Shown: positions 21,479-32,195, counted from the first letter of the whole stretch. The stretch is DNA of 60,054 nt, filler included, from an uncultured delta proteobacterium (GCA_963848135.1; 2 parts of 2 records of this genome joined end to end with filler, not necessarily neighbours in it); one strand, 5' to 3'. The notes: a model not told the origin generated them from the letters alone. Program-made: numbers and translations.

Positions 21479-21503
21479 TACCACTGTGTGGTATTTCGGT
21501 CAA
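21479..21503 (-). promoter_or_regulatory. Palindrome TACCAC-N3-GTGGTA beside TTGACC upstream of the arrX-like gene
   Basis: Arms conserved in copy 2 (50999-51013) although spacer and flanks differ. Confidence 0.55.
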
Positions 21504-21569
21504 GTAAAAAACTATTGGTTGCAGTTCGACACAGTCATCCACACCCACCGATCATTATATAATTTTTAA

Positions 21570-21616
21570 TTGACAAAATAAGATAATAAATCTATATATA
21601 GCCATAAAGCTATATA
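21570..21616 (+). promoter_or_regulatory. Sigma70 promoter and ArsR operator
   Basis: TTGACA-17-TATATA overlapped by TATATAGC-N6-GCTATATA (21595-21616). Confidence 0.8.
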
Positions 21617-21625
21617 GGAGTCAGA

Positions 21626-21973
21626 ATGAAACCATTCATCAAAGTCATGAAAGCCTTATCAGATCCGAACCGGGTCAAAATCGTCAAACTGCTCCAGCAT
21701 AAAATGATGTGTGTCTGTGAGCTGCAGGGCGCCCTGGGTATATCCCAGCCCACGGTTTCCAAACACTTGAAAATTCTCGAAGAGGCGGGTCTCGTCGGTT
21801 ATAAGAAAGACGGCCTTTGGGTGAATTATTACCTGGCCGATGGCCGCGACAACCCATACGCAGCCAGCCTTCTTGGAAACCTGCGCCACTGGCTCAACGA
21901 TGAACCGGCGATCCGAGATTTGACGAATAAACTGCCGCAATTCAATCGCTTTGAAATTTGTGGCAAGAGCTAA
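21626..21973 (+). CDS. arsR: ArsR family As(III)-responsive repressor
   Basis: KALSDPNR, CVCEL, SQPTVSKHL. Confidence 0.92.
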   Translation: MKPFIKVMKALSDPNRVKIVKLLQHKMMCVCELQGALGISQPTVSKHLKILEEAGLVGYKKDGLWVNYYLADGRDNPYAASLLGNLRHWLNDEPAIRDLTNKLPQFNRFEICGKS

Positions 21974-21987
21974 TCTTTTGGCGCTAT

Positions 21988-22009
21988 TATATTGCTATAT
22001 GGAAATGTA
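21988..22009 (+). promoter_or_regulatory. Second ArsR-type box upstream of arsP (degenerate)
   Basis: TATATTGC-N6-GAAATGTA; perfect version in copy 2. Confidence 0.55.
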
Positions 22010-22089
22010 TAGTTTTGTTGCGCTTTCGCAGATATGCATGCAGCATCTGCGTCATCGGAAAATAAAAAAGTATCGTGGAAGGAAGAGGC

Positions 22090-23478
22090 ATGAGTAACGG
22101 TCTGTCGATAACAGAGGACAAAAATACTTTCAGTGGATCAGAATCCGCAGCGAAAAAGGCATCCGAACCCAGCCTGATCGACTGGAAAACCATTTGGAAG
22201 CCGCTGGGCATTATCACCGGCATCTTTCTGATCTTTTTCTGGCTACCGCTGGAGAACAGCCGGTTCACCGGCGCGGTGATCGAATCCCTGGCCCTGGCCA
22301 AGTGGTATGCGCAGGAGCACGTGCTGCTCTGCTTAGTGCCGGCCTTTTTCATTGCCGGTGCCATATCCGTATTCGTCTCCCAGGCGGCAGTGATTAAATA
22401 CCTCGGCGCAGGTGCCAATAAAGTCATGTCATACGGGGTGGCTTCCGTATCAGGCACCATCCTGGCGGTGTGCTCCTGCACGGTGCTGCCACTTTTTGCC
22501 GGGATCTGGAAACGCGGCGCAGGGCTGGGACCGGCCATCGCGTTTTTGTATTCCGGCCCGGCCATCAATATTTTAGCCATCGTACTCACCGCCCGTATTC
22601 TCGGACCCGAACTCGGCCTGGCCCGGGCTGTAGGAGCCATCGTCTTCAGTGTCATCATCGGGCTGATCATGCACTTGCTTTATCGCAAAGAAGAGCAGGC
22701 CAAAGCCGAGGCCGCCCTTCACATGCCCGCACCCGAGGTGGAGCGTCCCTTGTGGCAAAACGTGATCTACTTTACCACCATGGTCGGTATTCTGATTTTT
22801 GCCACCTGGGGCCGTCCGGAAGAAACAGTCGGTCTTTGGAATGCGATCTATTCTATCAAGTGGCTTCTGACCGGATTTTTTGCCATTGCTCTCGGTGTGT
22901 TGCTCGTGAAATGGTTTAACGTCAAGGCCTTCAAAGTCGTACTGGTATCCGTGGCGGTTCTGATTTTGGCGCTTGTCTTCCGGCACGAACCATTGATCGC
23001 TTTTTCGGCCGGCATCATCGCCTTGGCCGTATTGACCACCACCACCCGCGGGGAGACCGAGTCGTGGTTCATGGCCACTTGGGACTTCGCCAAACAGATC
23101 CTGCCATTGCTGTTAGCGGGCGTGATAGTGGCCGGCCTGCTGCTGGGGCGTCCCGGCTCAGAAGGGTTGATTCCTTCCCGATGGATTAGTGGCCTCGTGG
23201 GCGGAAACTCCCTGTGGGCCAATTTGTTCGCATCGGTGGTGGGCGCCTTCATGTACTTTGCGACCCTGACAGAGGTGCCGATCCTTCAAGGATTGATCGG
23301 TGCCGGCATGGGCAAGGGCCCGGCACTGGCGCTGCTGCTGGCCGGCCCGGCGTTGAGTCTCCCCAACATGCTGGTGATCCGCAGCGTTCTCGGTACCCAG
23401 AAAACCATTGTATTTGTCAGTTTGGTGGTGGTGATGGCGACAATCAGCGGTATAATCTTCGGATCTTTGACTGGATAG
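22090..23478 (+). CDS. arsP: ArsP family permease
   Basis: AVCSCTVLPLF, GPAINIL, MYFATLTEVP, GPALSLP. Confidence 0.88.
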   Translation: MSNGLSITEDKNTFSGSESAAKKASEPSLIDWKTIWKPLGIITGIFLIFFWLPLENSRFTGAVIESLALAKWYAQEHVLLCLVPAFFIAGAISVFVSQAAVIKYLGAGANKVMSYGVASVSGTILAVCSCTVLPLFAGIWKRGAGLGPAIAFLYSGPAINILAIVLTARILGPELGLARAVGAIVFSVIIGLIMHLLYRKEEQAKAEAALHMPAPEVERPLWQNVIYFTTMVGILIFATWGRPEETVGLWNAIYSIKWLLTGFFAIALGVLLVKWFNVKAFKVVLVSVAVLILALVFRHEPLIAFSAGIIALAVLTTTTRGETESWFMATWDFAKQILPLLLAGVIVAGLLLGRPGSEGLIPSRWISGLVGGNSLWANLFASVVGAFMYFATLTEVPILQGLIGAGMGKGPALALLLAGPALSLPNMLVIRSVLGTQKTIVFVSLVVVMATISGIIFGSLTG

Positions 23479-23588
23479 ATTGAGACGCAGATAAAGCGCT
23501 GGTCGACACAGAGTTATCAAATTATTTCTTTACTGTGTTCATCTGCTAAAATCCACGTCTCATCTGATCTTAAAAGGATGAAGCCTAC

Positions 23589-24098
23589 ATGACATCAACA
23601 GAAGTAACGCAGATCATGATAGCGGGACACCGCACCGGCATCATCGACCTGAACGAGGTGATCGCGGAAATTGCCGGAGAATTTTCCGGAAGACTGGATG
23701 ACGAAATAGCCGATGAATTAATGACACGGCTGTCAGAAAGAAATTACATGGTGCCCAAAGCCAGGAATGACTACCGGACCGCCTTTTTGAGGGAATACAA
23801 AAAGTTTGTGGGTGAACCCTTTGAAGAAATCGCCGATCCGAACGTGCTACAGATCAAGGTTCTTGGCCCGGGATGCCCCAACTGCGAGCGCCTGGAGCAT
23901 GATCTCATGACCCTATTGGCGGAATTACAGATCAAAGCCGACCTGGAACACGTGCGCGATCCATTACAAATCGGCGCTTACGGGGTGATGGCCATGCCGG
24001 CTTTGGTAATTAACGAAAAGGTAATGGCTGCGGGTAGGGTGCCCCCGAAAAAAACGCTGAAAGATTGGCTTCAGAAAACTGGGAGCCACAAGCTATAG
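23589..24098 (+). CDS. Thioredoxin-fold protein with extra N-terminal domain
   Basis: IKVLGPGCPNC...YGVMAMPAL. Confidence 0.8.
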   Translation: MTSTEVTQIMIAGHRTGIIDLNEVIAEIAGEFSGRLDDEIADELMTRLSERNYMVPKARNDYRTAFLREYKKFVGEPFEEIADPNVLQIKVLGPGCPNCERLEHDLMTLLAELQIKADLEHVRDPLQIGAYGVMAMPALVINEKVMAAGRVPPKKTLKDWLQKTGSHKL

Positions 24099-24196
24099 GA
24101 CATGGACACAGGCAGGTTTTATCGTTAAATGAAATTCTACATCTGAAATTGAAAGCATCAACCTGTGTCCCCTATCAATTTATAAGGAGAGACATA

Positions 24197-24430
24197 ATGG
24201 AAATCAAAGTGCTGGGCCCTGGCTGTCCCAGATGCCAGCAAACAGAAAAAGTGGTCAAGGATGCGGTTTCCGAAGCTGGCGTCGCCGCTGATATCGAAAA
24301 GGTTACCGATGTGATAAAAATTGCCGACTACGGCGTGTTCGGCACGCCCGCGGTGGTAATCGACGGTGAGGTCAAATCGGTGGGCAAGATACCCAAAAAG
24401 GAAGAGGTTCTGACCTGGCTCAAAGAATAA
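24197..24430 (+). CDS. Small redox-active disulfide protein (thioredoxin-like, 77 aa)
   Basis: MEIKVLGPGCPRC...TPAVVIDG; RBS AAGGAG. Confidence 0.88.
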   Translation: MEIKVLGPGCPRCQQTEKVVKDAVSEAGVAADIEKVTDVIKIADYGVFGTPAVVIDGEVKSVGKIPKKEEVLTWLKE

Positions 24431-24472
24431 GATCATAAGTCTGCCAGATTATGGTGTGAAAAATGAGGAGGG

Positions 24473-25003
24473 ATGGTAATGCTGCTGAGAGACTACCGCC
24501 TCGAAATATTCAACAACGAGTGCATGCCGGGTGCCATAACGCTGCAGTGTATCGCCCATCTGTCACAGGATGTCAGTGCTGCGCTGCCCTACATGAACAC
24601 AACCCTGGGCGGATTCGAGTACGTCCCGGATCCGCCCTCGGTGACTTTCAAGGCGCAGGGTAAGCTGGTAACCGTTCACGGCCGCAAGATCGCGGTCAAT
24701 GCCCTGAAGGACGAGGCCGAGGCGGAAAAGATCGTGGCCTGGCTCAAGCGTGAAATCAACGACGCCTGGGAGAATCGGGAACATATCAAACCCACCTTCG
24801 AGGGGGCCTCCCGGCCGCAGGTCATCGAAATTCTGAAGCGGTTGCCCAGAACGAACTGCCGTGAATGTGGAGAGTCCACTTGCATGGTCTTCGCAACGCG
24901 GATAGCCGAAGGGGCCAAGGGTATTGACGCCTGTCTCGCCTTGAGCTCTCTGCTGCACAAGCAACTCGAGGAATATCTAAGTCATTTTAGTTTCAACGAT
25001 TAA
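24473..25003 (+). CDS. Fe-S cluster domain protein
   Basis: LPRTNCRECGESTCMVFA...C. Confidence 0.8.
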   Translation: MVMLLRDYRLEIFNNECMPGAITLQCIAHLSQDVSAALPYMNTTLGGFEYVPDPPSVTFKAQGKLVTVHGRKIAVNALKDEAEAEKIVAWLKREINDAWENREHIKPTFEGASRPQVIEILKRLPRTNCRECGESTCMVFATRIAEGAKGIDACLALSSLLHKQLEEYLSHFSFND

Positions 25004-25031
25004 CCCTGTTTTTCAAAAACCTTATGACGAT

Positions 25032-25742
25032 ATGTTCGACCAATTTTTTCTTGTAGTGCATCAATGGATGACTGCCGGATCGGCAATCGCCTTTGCCGGG
25101 GCCTTTGCCTGGGGCATGGTCAGCGTGCTGTTTTCGCCGTGCCACCTGGCCTCGATCCCGCTGATCGTGGCGTATGTGGGCGGCCAGCAGACCGCTGTTA
25201 ACCCACGCCGAGCCGCCTGGTATGCCATCGCTTTTTCAATGGGGCTGTTCATCACCATCGCCGTGGTGGGCGTCGTGTGCACCCTGCTGGGCCGCATGCT
25301 TGGGGACGTGGGCACCTGGTGGCAGGTGCTGGTGGGCATCTTTTTGATCTGGGTGGCCCTGGGCATGTTGGGTGTACAGGCCTGCTCTATGTCCGGGTCC
25401 CTGCTCTACCGGCTCAATCTGCGCGGCATCCATGGCGCCTTCGGGTTGGGCCTGGCCTACGGCATTCTCTCGGGTTCCTGCACTTTCGGTTTTATCGCGC
25501 CCATTCTGGCCATTGTCACCGTGCAGCAAAAGATTGTGGCCGGGTCGGTAATGATGATCCTATTTGCGGTGGGGCATTGTGTGCCTATTTCCGTTGCAGG
25601 CAGTTCCACGGCATTGGTGCGAAGGATTACGGAAAACAATGTTTGGCAAAAGGCTAGTGTGTGGTTCCAACGCGGTGCTGGACTTATCATCGTATTATTG
25701 GGCATATTTTTCATTATCAGCCCATTTGTTAGTGGAACGTGA
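25032..25742 (+). CDS. ccdA: CcdA/DsbD-type transmembrane thiol-disulfide transporter
   Basis: FSPCHLASIP and GSCTFGFIAP membrane cysteines. Confidence 0.82.
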   Translation: MFDQFFLVVHQWMTAGSAIAFAGAFAWGMVSVLFSPCHLASIPLIVAYVGGQQTAVNPRRAAWYAIAFSMGLFITIAVVGVVCTLLGRMLGDVGTWWQVLVGIFLIWVALGMLGVQACSMSGSLLYRLNLRGIHGAFGLGLAYGILSGSCTFGFIAPILAIVTVQQKIVAGSVMMILFAVGHCVPISVAGSSTALVRRITENNVWQKASVWFQRGAGLIIVLLGIFFIISPFVSGT

Positions 25743-25931
25743 GTGCCCTCTCATGAAAACGCAAACAAGGGCCACTTAAAGATTTTAATCAATTTTTTAA
25801 AAGCATTTCCTGATTAATCTAATGCCGTAAAGGGTGGACTTTTTGAACTCTCTATGTCGCATATTCATACCTCTCTGCCGAACAACATTTGTTAAAAGAA
25901 CAAGTCTGATTCACAGTCTTTGGGGGGTGTT

Positions 25932-27027
25932 ATGACCGATGCAACCATAAGAAAATTAAGTTTTCTAATCGCTTTCTCACACTGTGGATCTTCTTGGCCA
26001 TGTTTGTCGGTGTAGGAAGCGGTTACTTGTTTCCGGAAATCAAGAATTTCATCAACCGTTTTCACGTCGGGACGACCAATATCCCCATCGCCATCGGACT
26101 GATTCTGATGATGTATCCGCCGCTGGCCAAGGTGAAGTATGAACAACTGGGCTACGTATTCCGTGACGTTAAAGTGTTGGCGCTGTCCCTGGTTCAGAAC
26201 TGGATCATCGGTCCGATCCTGATGTTCTTGCTGGCCATAACCTTTTTTCCGGGCTATCAGGAGTACATGGTCGGCTTGATTCTGATCGGCCTGGCCCGCT
26301 GTATTGCCATGGTTATCGTCTGGAATGACCTGGCCAGCGGCGACCGGAATACTGCTGCTGGTCTGGTGGCATTCAATTCCATCTTCCAGGTGCTGTTTTT
26401 TTCGGTGTACGCCTATATTTTCATTACGGTGCTTCCCCGCTGGATGGGCCTGCAGGGAACAGTGGTCGATATCTCCATCGGCCAAATTGCCGAAAGCGTT
26501 TTTATCTACCTGGGCATCCCCTTTATCGGCGGTCATGACTCACGCGTCTGATCGGACTGAAGACCAAAGGGGAACTGGTATGAAAAAAAATTCATTCCCA
26601 AGATCAGCCCCATTACACTGATTGCCCTGCTGTTCACGATCCTGGTGATGTTCTCCCTCAAAGGAGAGTACATTGTCCAGCTACCCCTGGATGTCATCCG
26701 GGTGGCGATCCCCTTGTGCATCTATTTTGTCATCATGTTCTTGGTCTCATTTTGGCTTTCCATGAAGGCCGGAGCGACTTACGAACAGGCCACGACCCTA
26801 TCGTTTTACCGCCGCCATCAAATAACTTCGAACTGGCCATCGCCGTGGCGGTAGCCGTCTTCGGAATCGATTCGGGGCAGGCCTTTGCCGCCGTGATCGG
26901 CCCGCTGGTCGAAGTGCCGGTTCTGATATCCCTGGTGAACGCCGCCCTGTGGTTTAAGCGCAAGTACTTTCCTTTTGCGGTGGATACCCCTACCGGTGTG
27001 TGTCACGTGGCGTGTGAACCACGATAA
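25932..27027 (+). pseudogene. acr3: Arsenite efflux pump, multiple frameshifts (copy 1)
   Basis: [24 protein letters not shown] spread across frames; intact at 56471-57562. Confidence 0.85.
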
Positions 27028-27042
27028 ATATGAGGAAGATCG

Positions 27043-27446
27043 ATGAAGAATCCGAGCCTTTTAATACTGATCCTGATTATACTGGTCCACATAGCTCCAA
27101 CCAAAACGTCTGCGGATGATTTATTGAACGCTGCGATCCCACAAGTCCCAACCGAAGGTCAGGTCACCATGGTGGATCTCGGTGCCAACAAGTGCATACC
27201 CTGCAAAATGATGGCCCCATCCTCAAGGAACTTAAAGAGGAATACGCCGGCCGGGCCTCTATTGTCTTTATCGATGTCTGGGAAAATCGAAAACAGGCGC
27301 AACGGTTCGGTATTCGGGCGATACCGACTCAAATTTTCTACGACAAGTCTGGCAGGGAGGTCCAACGGCACATAGGCTTTCTCGACAAAAAGAGTATTGT
27401 GGCCACCTTCGAAAAACTTGGAGTGCCAAGAGAAGCCGATAATTGA
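27043..27446 (+). pseudogene. Exported thioredoxin, frameshifted near 27218
   Basis: Signal peptide, DLGANKCIPCKMM, IRAIPTQIF. Confidence 0.75.
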
Positions 27447-27571
27447 TCAGGCATTGGTACATCCCGATTTGCCCTCTCGGATAAAAAGATAGGCGGTTGG
27501 CTGCTATCATGCGGTTTTTCCGAACGGATTAGAATGATAACGAAGTTTCGTCAGGACCGAGGAAGAGTGAT

Positions 27572-28966
27572 GTGAAAAACAGTCAACCGGAAGAAAAAAT
27601 TCGTGAGGTCGTGGATGCCTGTACGGACTGTGACGTCTGCAGGCATCTGATGGACACCGATTGTCTCTTCTTCCCGGAACTCTATCGGCTTTGGGACCAG
27701 GAGCAAGCGAGTGGTGAATCGGTTCCGTCCCAGGCCCTCAGAGGACTGGTCGATCACTGCAACTTCTGCGCACTGTGTCCTTGCCCAAACATCCGCGCGG
27801 ACATCATCGAGGCCAAGACACGTTTTATAGAACGCGATGGGCTGCCGCACGGCATCCGCATCATAGAGGATGTGGAGCGAATCGGCAGAATCTGCGGCAC
27901 CTTTCCCCGTCTGATCAACAAGCTTCTGGAAAACCGGTCGACGGGCAGTCTTGTAAAAAGATCGGTAGGGTTTCATCCGGATCGCAAGTTCCCCCCAATT
28001 CCCCAAGGAGCATTTTTCCGACTGGGCGACACGGCACCACCTGAACGTAAAAACAAATCCCGGCAATTCCAGAAAAGTCGCTTTTTTGTCGGATGTACCG
28101 GTCGCTTTCTTTTCCCGGAAATACCGATCGCGACTGTGGCGGTTTTCAAAGCAAACGATATCGAGATCTACGTCCCGGAACAAAAATGCTGCGGCATGCC
28201 GACGCTCCTTGAGGGGGATCATAAATTGACCTTGAAGTTTGCGGAAGCCAATTTGGAAGTACTTCTCGATGCCGTCGACAGTGGCCATGACATCGTCTGC
28301 TCTTGCCCCACTTGCGGCTTCATGCTCAAAAATCTGCTGGCGGAAGGGGCATACTATTCCACCGAATACCAGGAAGGCGTCGGCAGCGACAGAACCGTGC
28401 TGAAACTGCCCGCCGCCAAACGCCGAAGATGCGACGCTGAAAAAAACGATTTTATCGCCCTGCAGACTTCGATTTACGGCAAGATATTGAAGGACGAGGG
28501 CTACTTTTCCAGGATCAGTGCCCGGGACAGAATCCGGCTCGCCGAACACACTTTCGATCTGGGAGAATACTTGAATCTGTTGGCCGACAGCGGAAAGCTA
28601 AAATCGACGTTAACCGGTATCACCGGACGAATGGTGTATTTCCCACCCTGCCATGGCCGGGAACAAAACATTGGCCGTCCGTACCTGGAGCTGTTACAAC
28701 GGATACCTAATATCGATCTGGAAACCATTGACGGCGATCTATACTGCTGCGGCATGGCGGGGATCATGGGATTCAAGCAGGCGTTTCACGAATCATCTAT
28801 CCGGTTGGGGCAACGACTGATGGAGAGAATCCAGCAGATCAACCCGGCCCGAATCGTCACCGACTGCCTGAGCTGTCGTCTCCAGTCAACCAGCTTCTGC
28901 CCTACCCGGTGGCGCATCCGGTAGAAATCCTTGAAGGCGTCTATACCGAGACATCTTCCGGCCTAG
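27572..28966 (+). CDS. GlpC/HdrD-like Fe-S protein with CCG domains (frameshifts near 28030-28070 and 28885)
   Basis: CTDCDVC, CNFCALCPC, KCCGMP, YCCGMAG. Confidence 0.75.
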
Positions 28967-28990
28967 AAAACTATTACAAATAGAAAGTAC

Positions 28991-29170
28991 ATGAAACGGG
29001 TACTTACTCATCATCGGCGGCAGTGACGCAGGCATCAGTGCTGCGCGCCACGCCAGAGAAATAGAACCGGTTTCAAGTAGTCACCGTTGTGGTGGCGGAC
29101 CGGTTCCCCAATTTCAACACCTGCAGCTATACCTGATTTTCTGAGCGGTGAAGTGTCCGATTGGCGATGA
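28991..29170 (+). pseudogene. N-terminal remnant of CoA-disulfide reductase/NADH oxidase family gene
   Basis: LLIIGGSDAGISAARHARE...VTVVVADRFPNFNTC with frameshifts. Confidence 0.65.
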
Positions 29171-29340
29171 AATATTCCTGGTGGTACGACAAGATAGGTG
29201 TTTATTCAGCAAAAATATACGTCGAACCAGAAACCCTTCGAGGCGATTGAATCGCTAACGAACTGATAGCTTGGAGTTACACTATATCTTCGAAAGTCAT
29301 CGTCTCTGGTCAGAAACAGCCGGTGAACGCGGTCAAAGGG

Positions 29341-29440
29341 NNNNNNNNNNNNNNNNNNNNNNNNNNNNNNNNNNNNNNNNNNNNTTAATTAATTAANNNN
29401 NNNNNNNNNNNNNNNNNNNNNNNNNNNNNNNNNNNNNNNN
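29341..29440. other. Artificial assembly linker (N-run with TTAATTAATTAA)
   Basis: 44 N + TTAATTAATTAA + 44 N; the insert gives stop codons in all six frames. Confidence 0.97.
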
Positions 29441-29514
29441 TGCTCTATTTAAATTCATAACGCTGAAATTTTTAAAGGAAAGGGCTTTTACGGGAAATAC
29501 CACCGCGTTCTTGT

Positions 29515-30078
29515 TTAAGATTTATGCTTTCCTCGATGTAAAAAAACAACACCCCAAACGAGTAAACCGAGGACTGCAATTATAGCAAATACCTGTACTT
29601 CATAGTGTTTGAACTTTCCGATAAATATCTCCAAACCGTGACCGAAAAAGTAGCCGCCATAGGCGATGGCGACAGCCCAGATTAACGCTCCGACGGCATT
29701 GAGAAAAATAAACTTTTTGGCGGATACGGGACTCATTCCAATAACAAAGGGAGCAACCGTACGCAGGCCGTAAAGAAACCGAAAAGATAAGATCATTGGC
29801 GTTTGGAATCGGTCCATCATCTTTTGAACTTTTTCCGCTTTCTCCTTCCATGCAGGTCGCCGGGACAGAACCGCCTGACTGTGTTTGCGTCCTAAATAAA
29901 AAAAAAGCTGATCTCCGCAAAGACTGCCCAGAAAAGCAGCCAGTATCACCCCTGTCATCAATAGATATCCCTGGTGGACGGCCAGACCGGCCAGTACCAG
30001 GATGGTTTCGCCCTCTAAAAATGTACCGATTAAAATCCCGACATATCCATAATTTTCAATTATGCCTTGCAGATCCAT
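29515..30078 (-). CDS. DedA family membrane protein
   Basis: GTFLEGET, GDQLFFYLGR, RFLYGLRT. Confidence 0.88.
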   Translation of the reverse strand: MDLQGIIENYGYVGILIGTFLEGETILVLAGLAVHQGYLLMTGVILAAFLGSLCGDQLFFYLGRKHSQAVLSRRPAWKEKAEKVQKMMDRFQTPMILSFRFLYGLRTVAPFVIGMSPVSAKKFIFLNAVGALIWAVAIAYGGYFFGHGLEIFIGKFKHYEVQVFAIIAVLGLLVWGVVFLHRGKHKS

Positions 30079-30139
30079 CAAAATCATTCCTGACTTGCTG
30101 AATAAAAACGAAAGTGAAAAACATGCATATTCAATGTCT

Positions 30140-30784
30140 TTAGGCTTCTCGATCCAGGCGATATAAGACGGCAACCAAAACCAGGCTGCTGACCAGCAAC
30201 CAGATCGGACCGAACAGCCACAACGCCAGTGGCACTGACAGGTAGAACCCGCGCATGCCGATGGTGTAATGCAGCGCGACGTGATTGATAACCTCGGTAA
30301 CAGCCGCCGCGGAAACGGTAGAATCATTAAGTTGAAACGTGTTGATCATGAATCCGACGTGATTGTAGTAACGGATAGCCAGGGTAAAATTAAAGAAAGT
30401 GGCAAAAAACAATATGCCCAGCAGCATTAGTTTGAACATCCACAATGTTTCGGTTTTTGTTCCAAGCAGATTGAGCGCATGCGAAACTTCGCTGAAGACA
30501 CCCGGCCGAAAAGCGGCGCTGAACGAGCCAAGACAGATAAGAAGCGCGGTAGACGCTAAAAAGGTAGCAGCCATCACCTGATTGCGCAGCGTCTGGACCG
30601 CCAGGATGTCGCGTTTGTCTTTCATGACGCCATTAACCCACATCTGCCGCGCGTGATTCGTAATGCCGATGGCCGTGGTCAGGGGGTTCCGGCGATAAGT
30701 GATATACAGATGCGTGTGGTAGACGATGATAACGACGGCAGTTGTTGCAACCAGAATCGTTTCGTACAAAGAAATTATGGACAT
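30140..30784 (-). CDS. DUF599 family membrane protein (copy 2)
   Basis: ILAVQTLRN motif, several TM segments. Confidence 0.82.
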   Translation of the reverse strand: MSIISLYETILVATTAVVIIVYHTHLYITYRRNPLTTAIGITNHARQMWVNGVMKDKRDILAVQTLRNQVMAATFLASTALLICLGSFSAAFRPGVFSEVSHALNLLGTKTETLWMFKLMLLGILFFATFFNFTLAIRYYNHVGFMINTFQLNDSTVSAAAVTEVINHVALHYTIGMRGFYLSVPLALWLFGPIWLLVSSLVLVAVLYRLDREA

Positions 30785-30885
30785 ATTTGGCTTCCGGTAT
30801 GAAAGAGGTTGTTAAAATATTGCTATAATGACTATTTAAACCGCAGTCCCCGTTTATGTGCAAGTGCTATAAACCTAAAGTGAGC

Positions 30886-31069
30886 GTTTCAAATTTTAAA
30901 TGGAGGGGGAACGGCTTTATTTATAAGGAATTCTATCAGAGTTAGATTTTAAAATTTGAAACCCATCTGGATTGCCGATCTTGCCGCATCTAAGGCGTCA
31001 TATGCCCTCCCGCATAGCTGACTATAGCGGAATGACATCTTCCTTGTACCTGCAGCAACCTCGACAATC
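30886..31069. repeat. 15-bp inverted repeat plus ~100-bp palindrome (copy of 2209-2392)
   Basis: Sequence identical to copy 1 by eye. Confidence 0.65.
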
Positions 31070-31415
31070 GCTCAAATTAGGATAAAAGTATCAAATTACG
31101 GTTTTCCATGATTCCTTGGTGAACGATGAATTGGAAGGAACCCCTGCCTAACTTTTCGGTTATTAAAATATGTTGCCCGAATGTCATTTGCAGAGTGATC
31201 AGGCTGAAGTCTATGGCATGTGTTGCCGGAGGTTAAACGAATAGTTTTGGCTCAACGAAACCTCAAGACATTCATGAGGGTGAAAAGAGTATCTTGAAGA
31301 ATACCCCCGGTGTGAGAACCAAGAATACCCAACGTTTACCTATTTGATAAACCACCGTGATTGGCGGGCTTACGAAGCCTTAAAATTGTCAGAAAAACAG
31401 CTTAACTTATTTATT

Positions 31416-32132
31416 TTATGGCGAGTTTGATGAAAAACTTTGCAATTCATTGCACGCTTCCTGATTGTCCAATAAACATGCGTTCTTAAGCGCTTTGGTC
31501 ATTCTGCTAATCGCATCCATGCCATAGAAGGCTATTGCTTTTGCCAGAAAGACATCGCCCCAGTTTGGATATTTTTTTTCAAGATGATCTAAGTAAATAA
31601 TAGAAATTCGCCATTGCTTATCGCCGATATATCGGTAAGCCCTTGACAATTCTTCTGCTGGAGCGATGACAGCCAGAACAGGCTGCTCCATTTCTTCACT
31701 GTATGAAAAACTTGATTCTTTTTTTTCGAACTCCAAGTTTTTATTCTGAGCCTTAATGAAGTCTACGCTTGTTACTTCAGAATTTATTTTGACATAATAT
31801 GAATCGATCTTTTTTTTAAAATATTCATCAATTATCGATACTTTTATCTCATTTGTGGTGAGACAGAATATTTCGTTCTGTTTATTTTCGTAATGCTCCA
31901 ACAAACCTTTATGCGTAAGATATTTGGCGGCCAAATTGACAGCCTTGAATTTCGCACCAAACAAGGCCAGAGCTCTTGATTTTTCCTTTGAATCTTCATC
32001 TCCCAGTCTATAAGTAAATTCAGTAATTACTTTTATTATATCATCCTTTTTCTTATCACTGGCACTGCAGGGGATATCAGATATTAAAACCAGCAACAAA
32101 AGCAGACTGATTTTTTTGAAACTGAATGACAT
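31416..32132 (-). CDS. Exported hypothetical protein with TPR-like C-terminus
   Basis: Signal-like N-terminus; ...KNACLLDNQEAC end; conserved in copy 1. Confidence 0.7.
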   Translation of the reverse strand: MSFSFKKISLLLLLVLISDIPCSASDKKKDDIIKVITEFTYRLGDEDSKEKSRALALFGAKFKAVNLAAKYLTHKGLLEHYENKQNEIFCLTTNEIKVSIIDEYFKKKIDSYYVKINSEVTSVDFIKAQNKNLEFEKKESSFSYSEEMEQPVLAVIAPAEELSRAYRYIGDKQWRISIIYLDHLEKKYPNWGDVFLAKAIAFYGMDAISRMTKALKNACLLDNQEACNELQSFSSNSP

Positions 32133-32195
32133 TGGTCTAATCCTTTATATAAAAAAAGGTTTACCTATAAGGTGATGAACCATAAAAGTAGCGTT

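Noticed and set aside
27551..28549. 332-aa minus-strand ORF and many other short alternative-frame ORFs
   Set aside because: Antisense or off-frame to well-supported genes and not conserved in the second copy.
30079..30327. Long N-terminal extension of the DedA ORF
   Set aside because: Overlaps DUF599 in another frame; a better start with RBS is at 30078.
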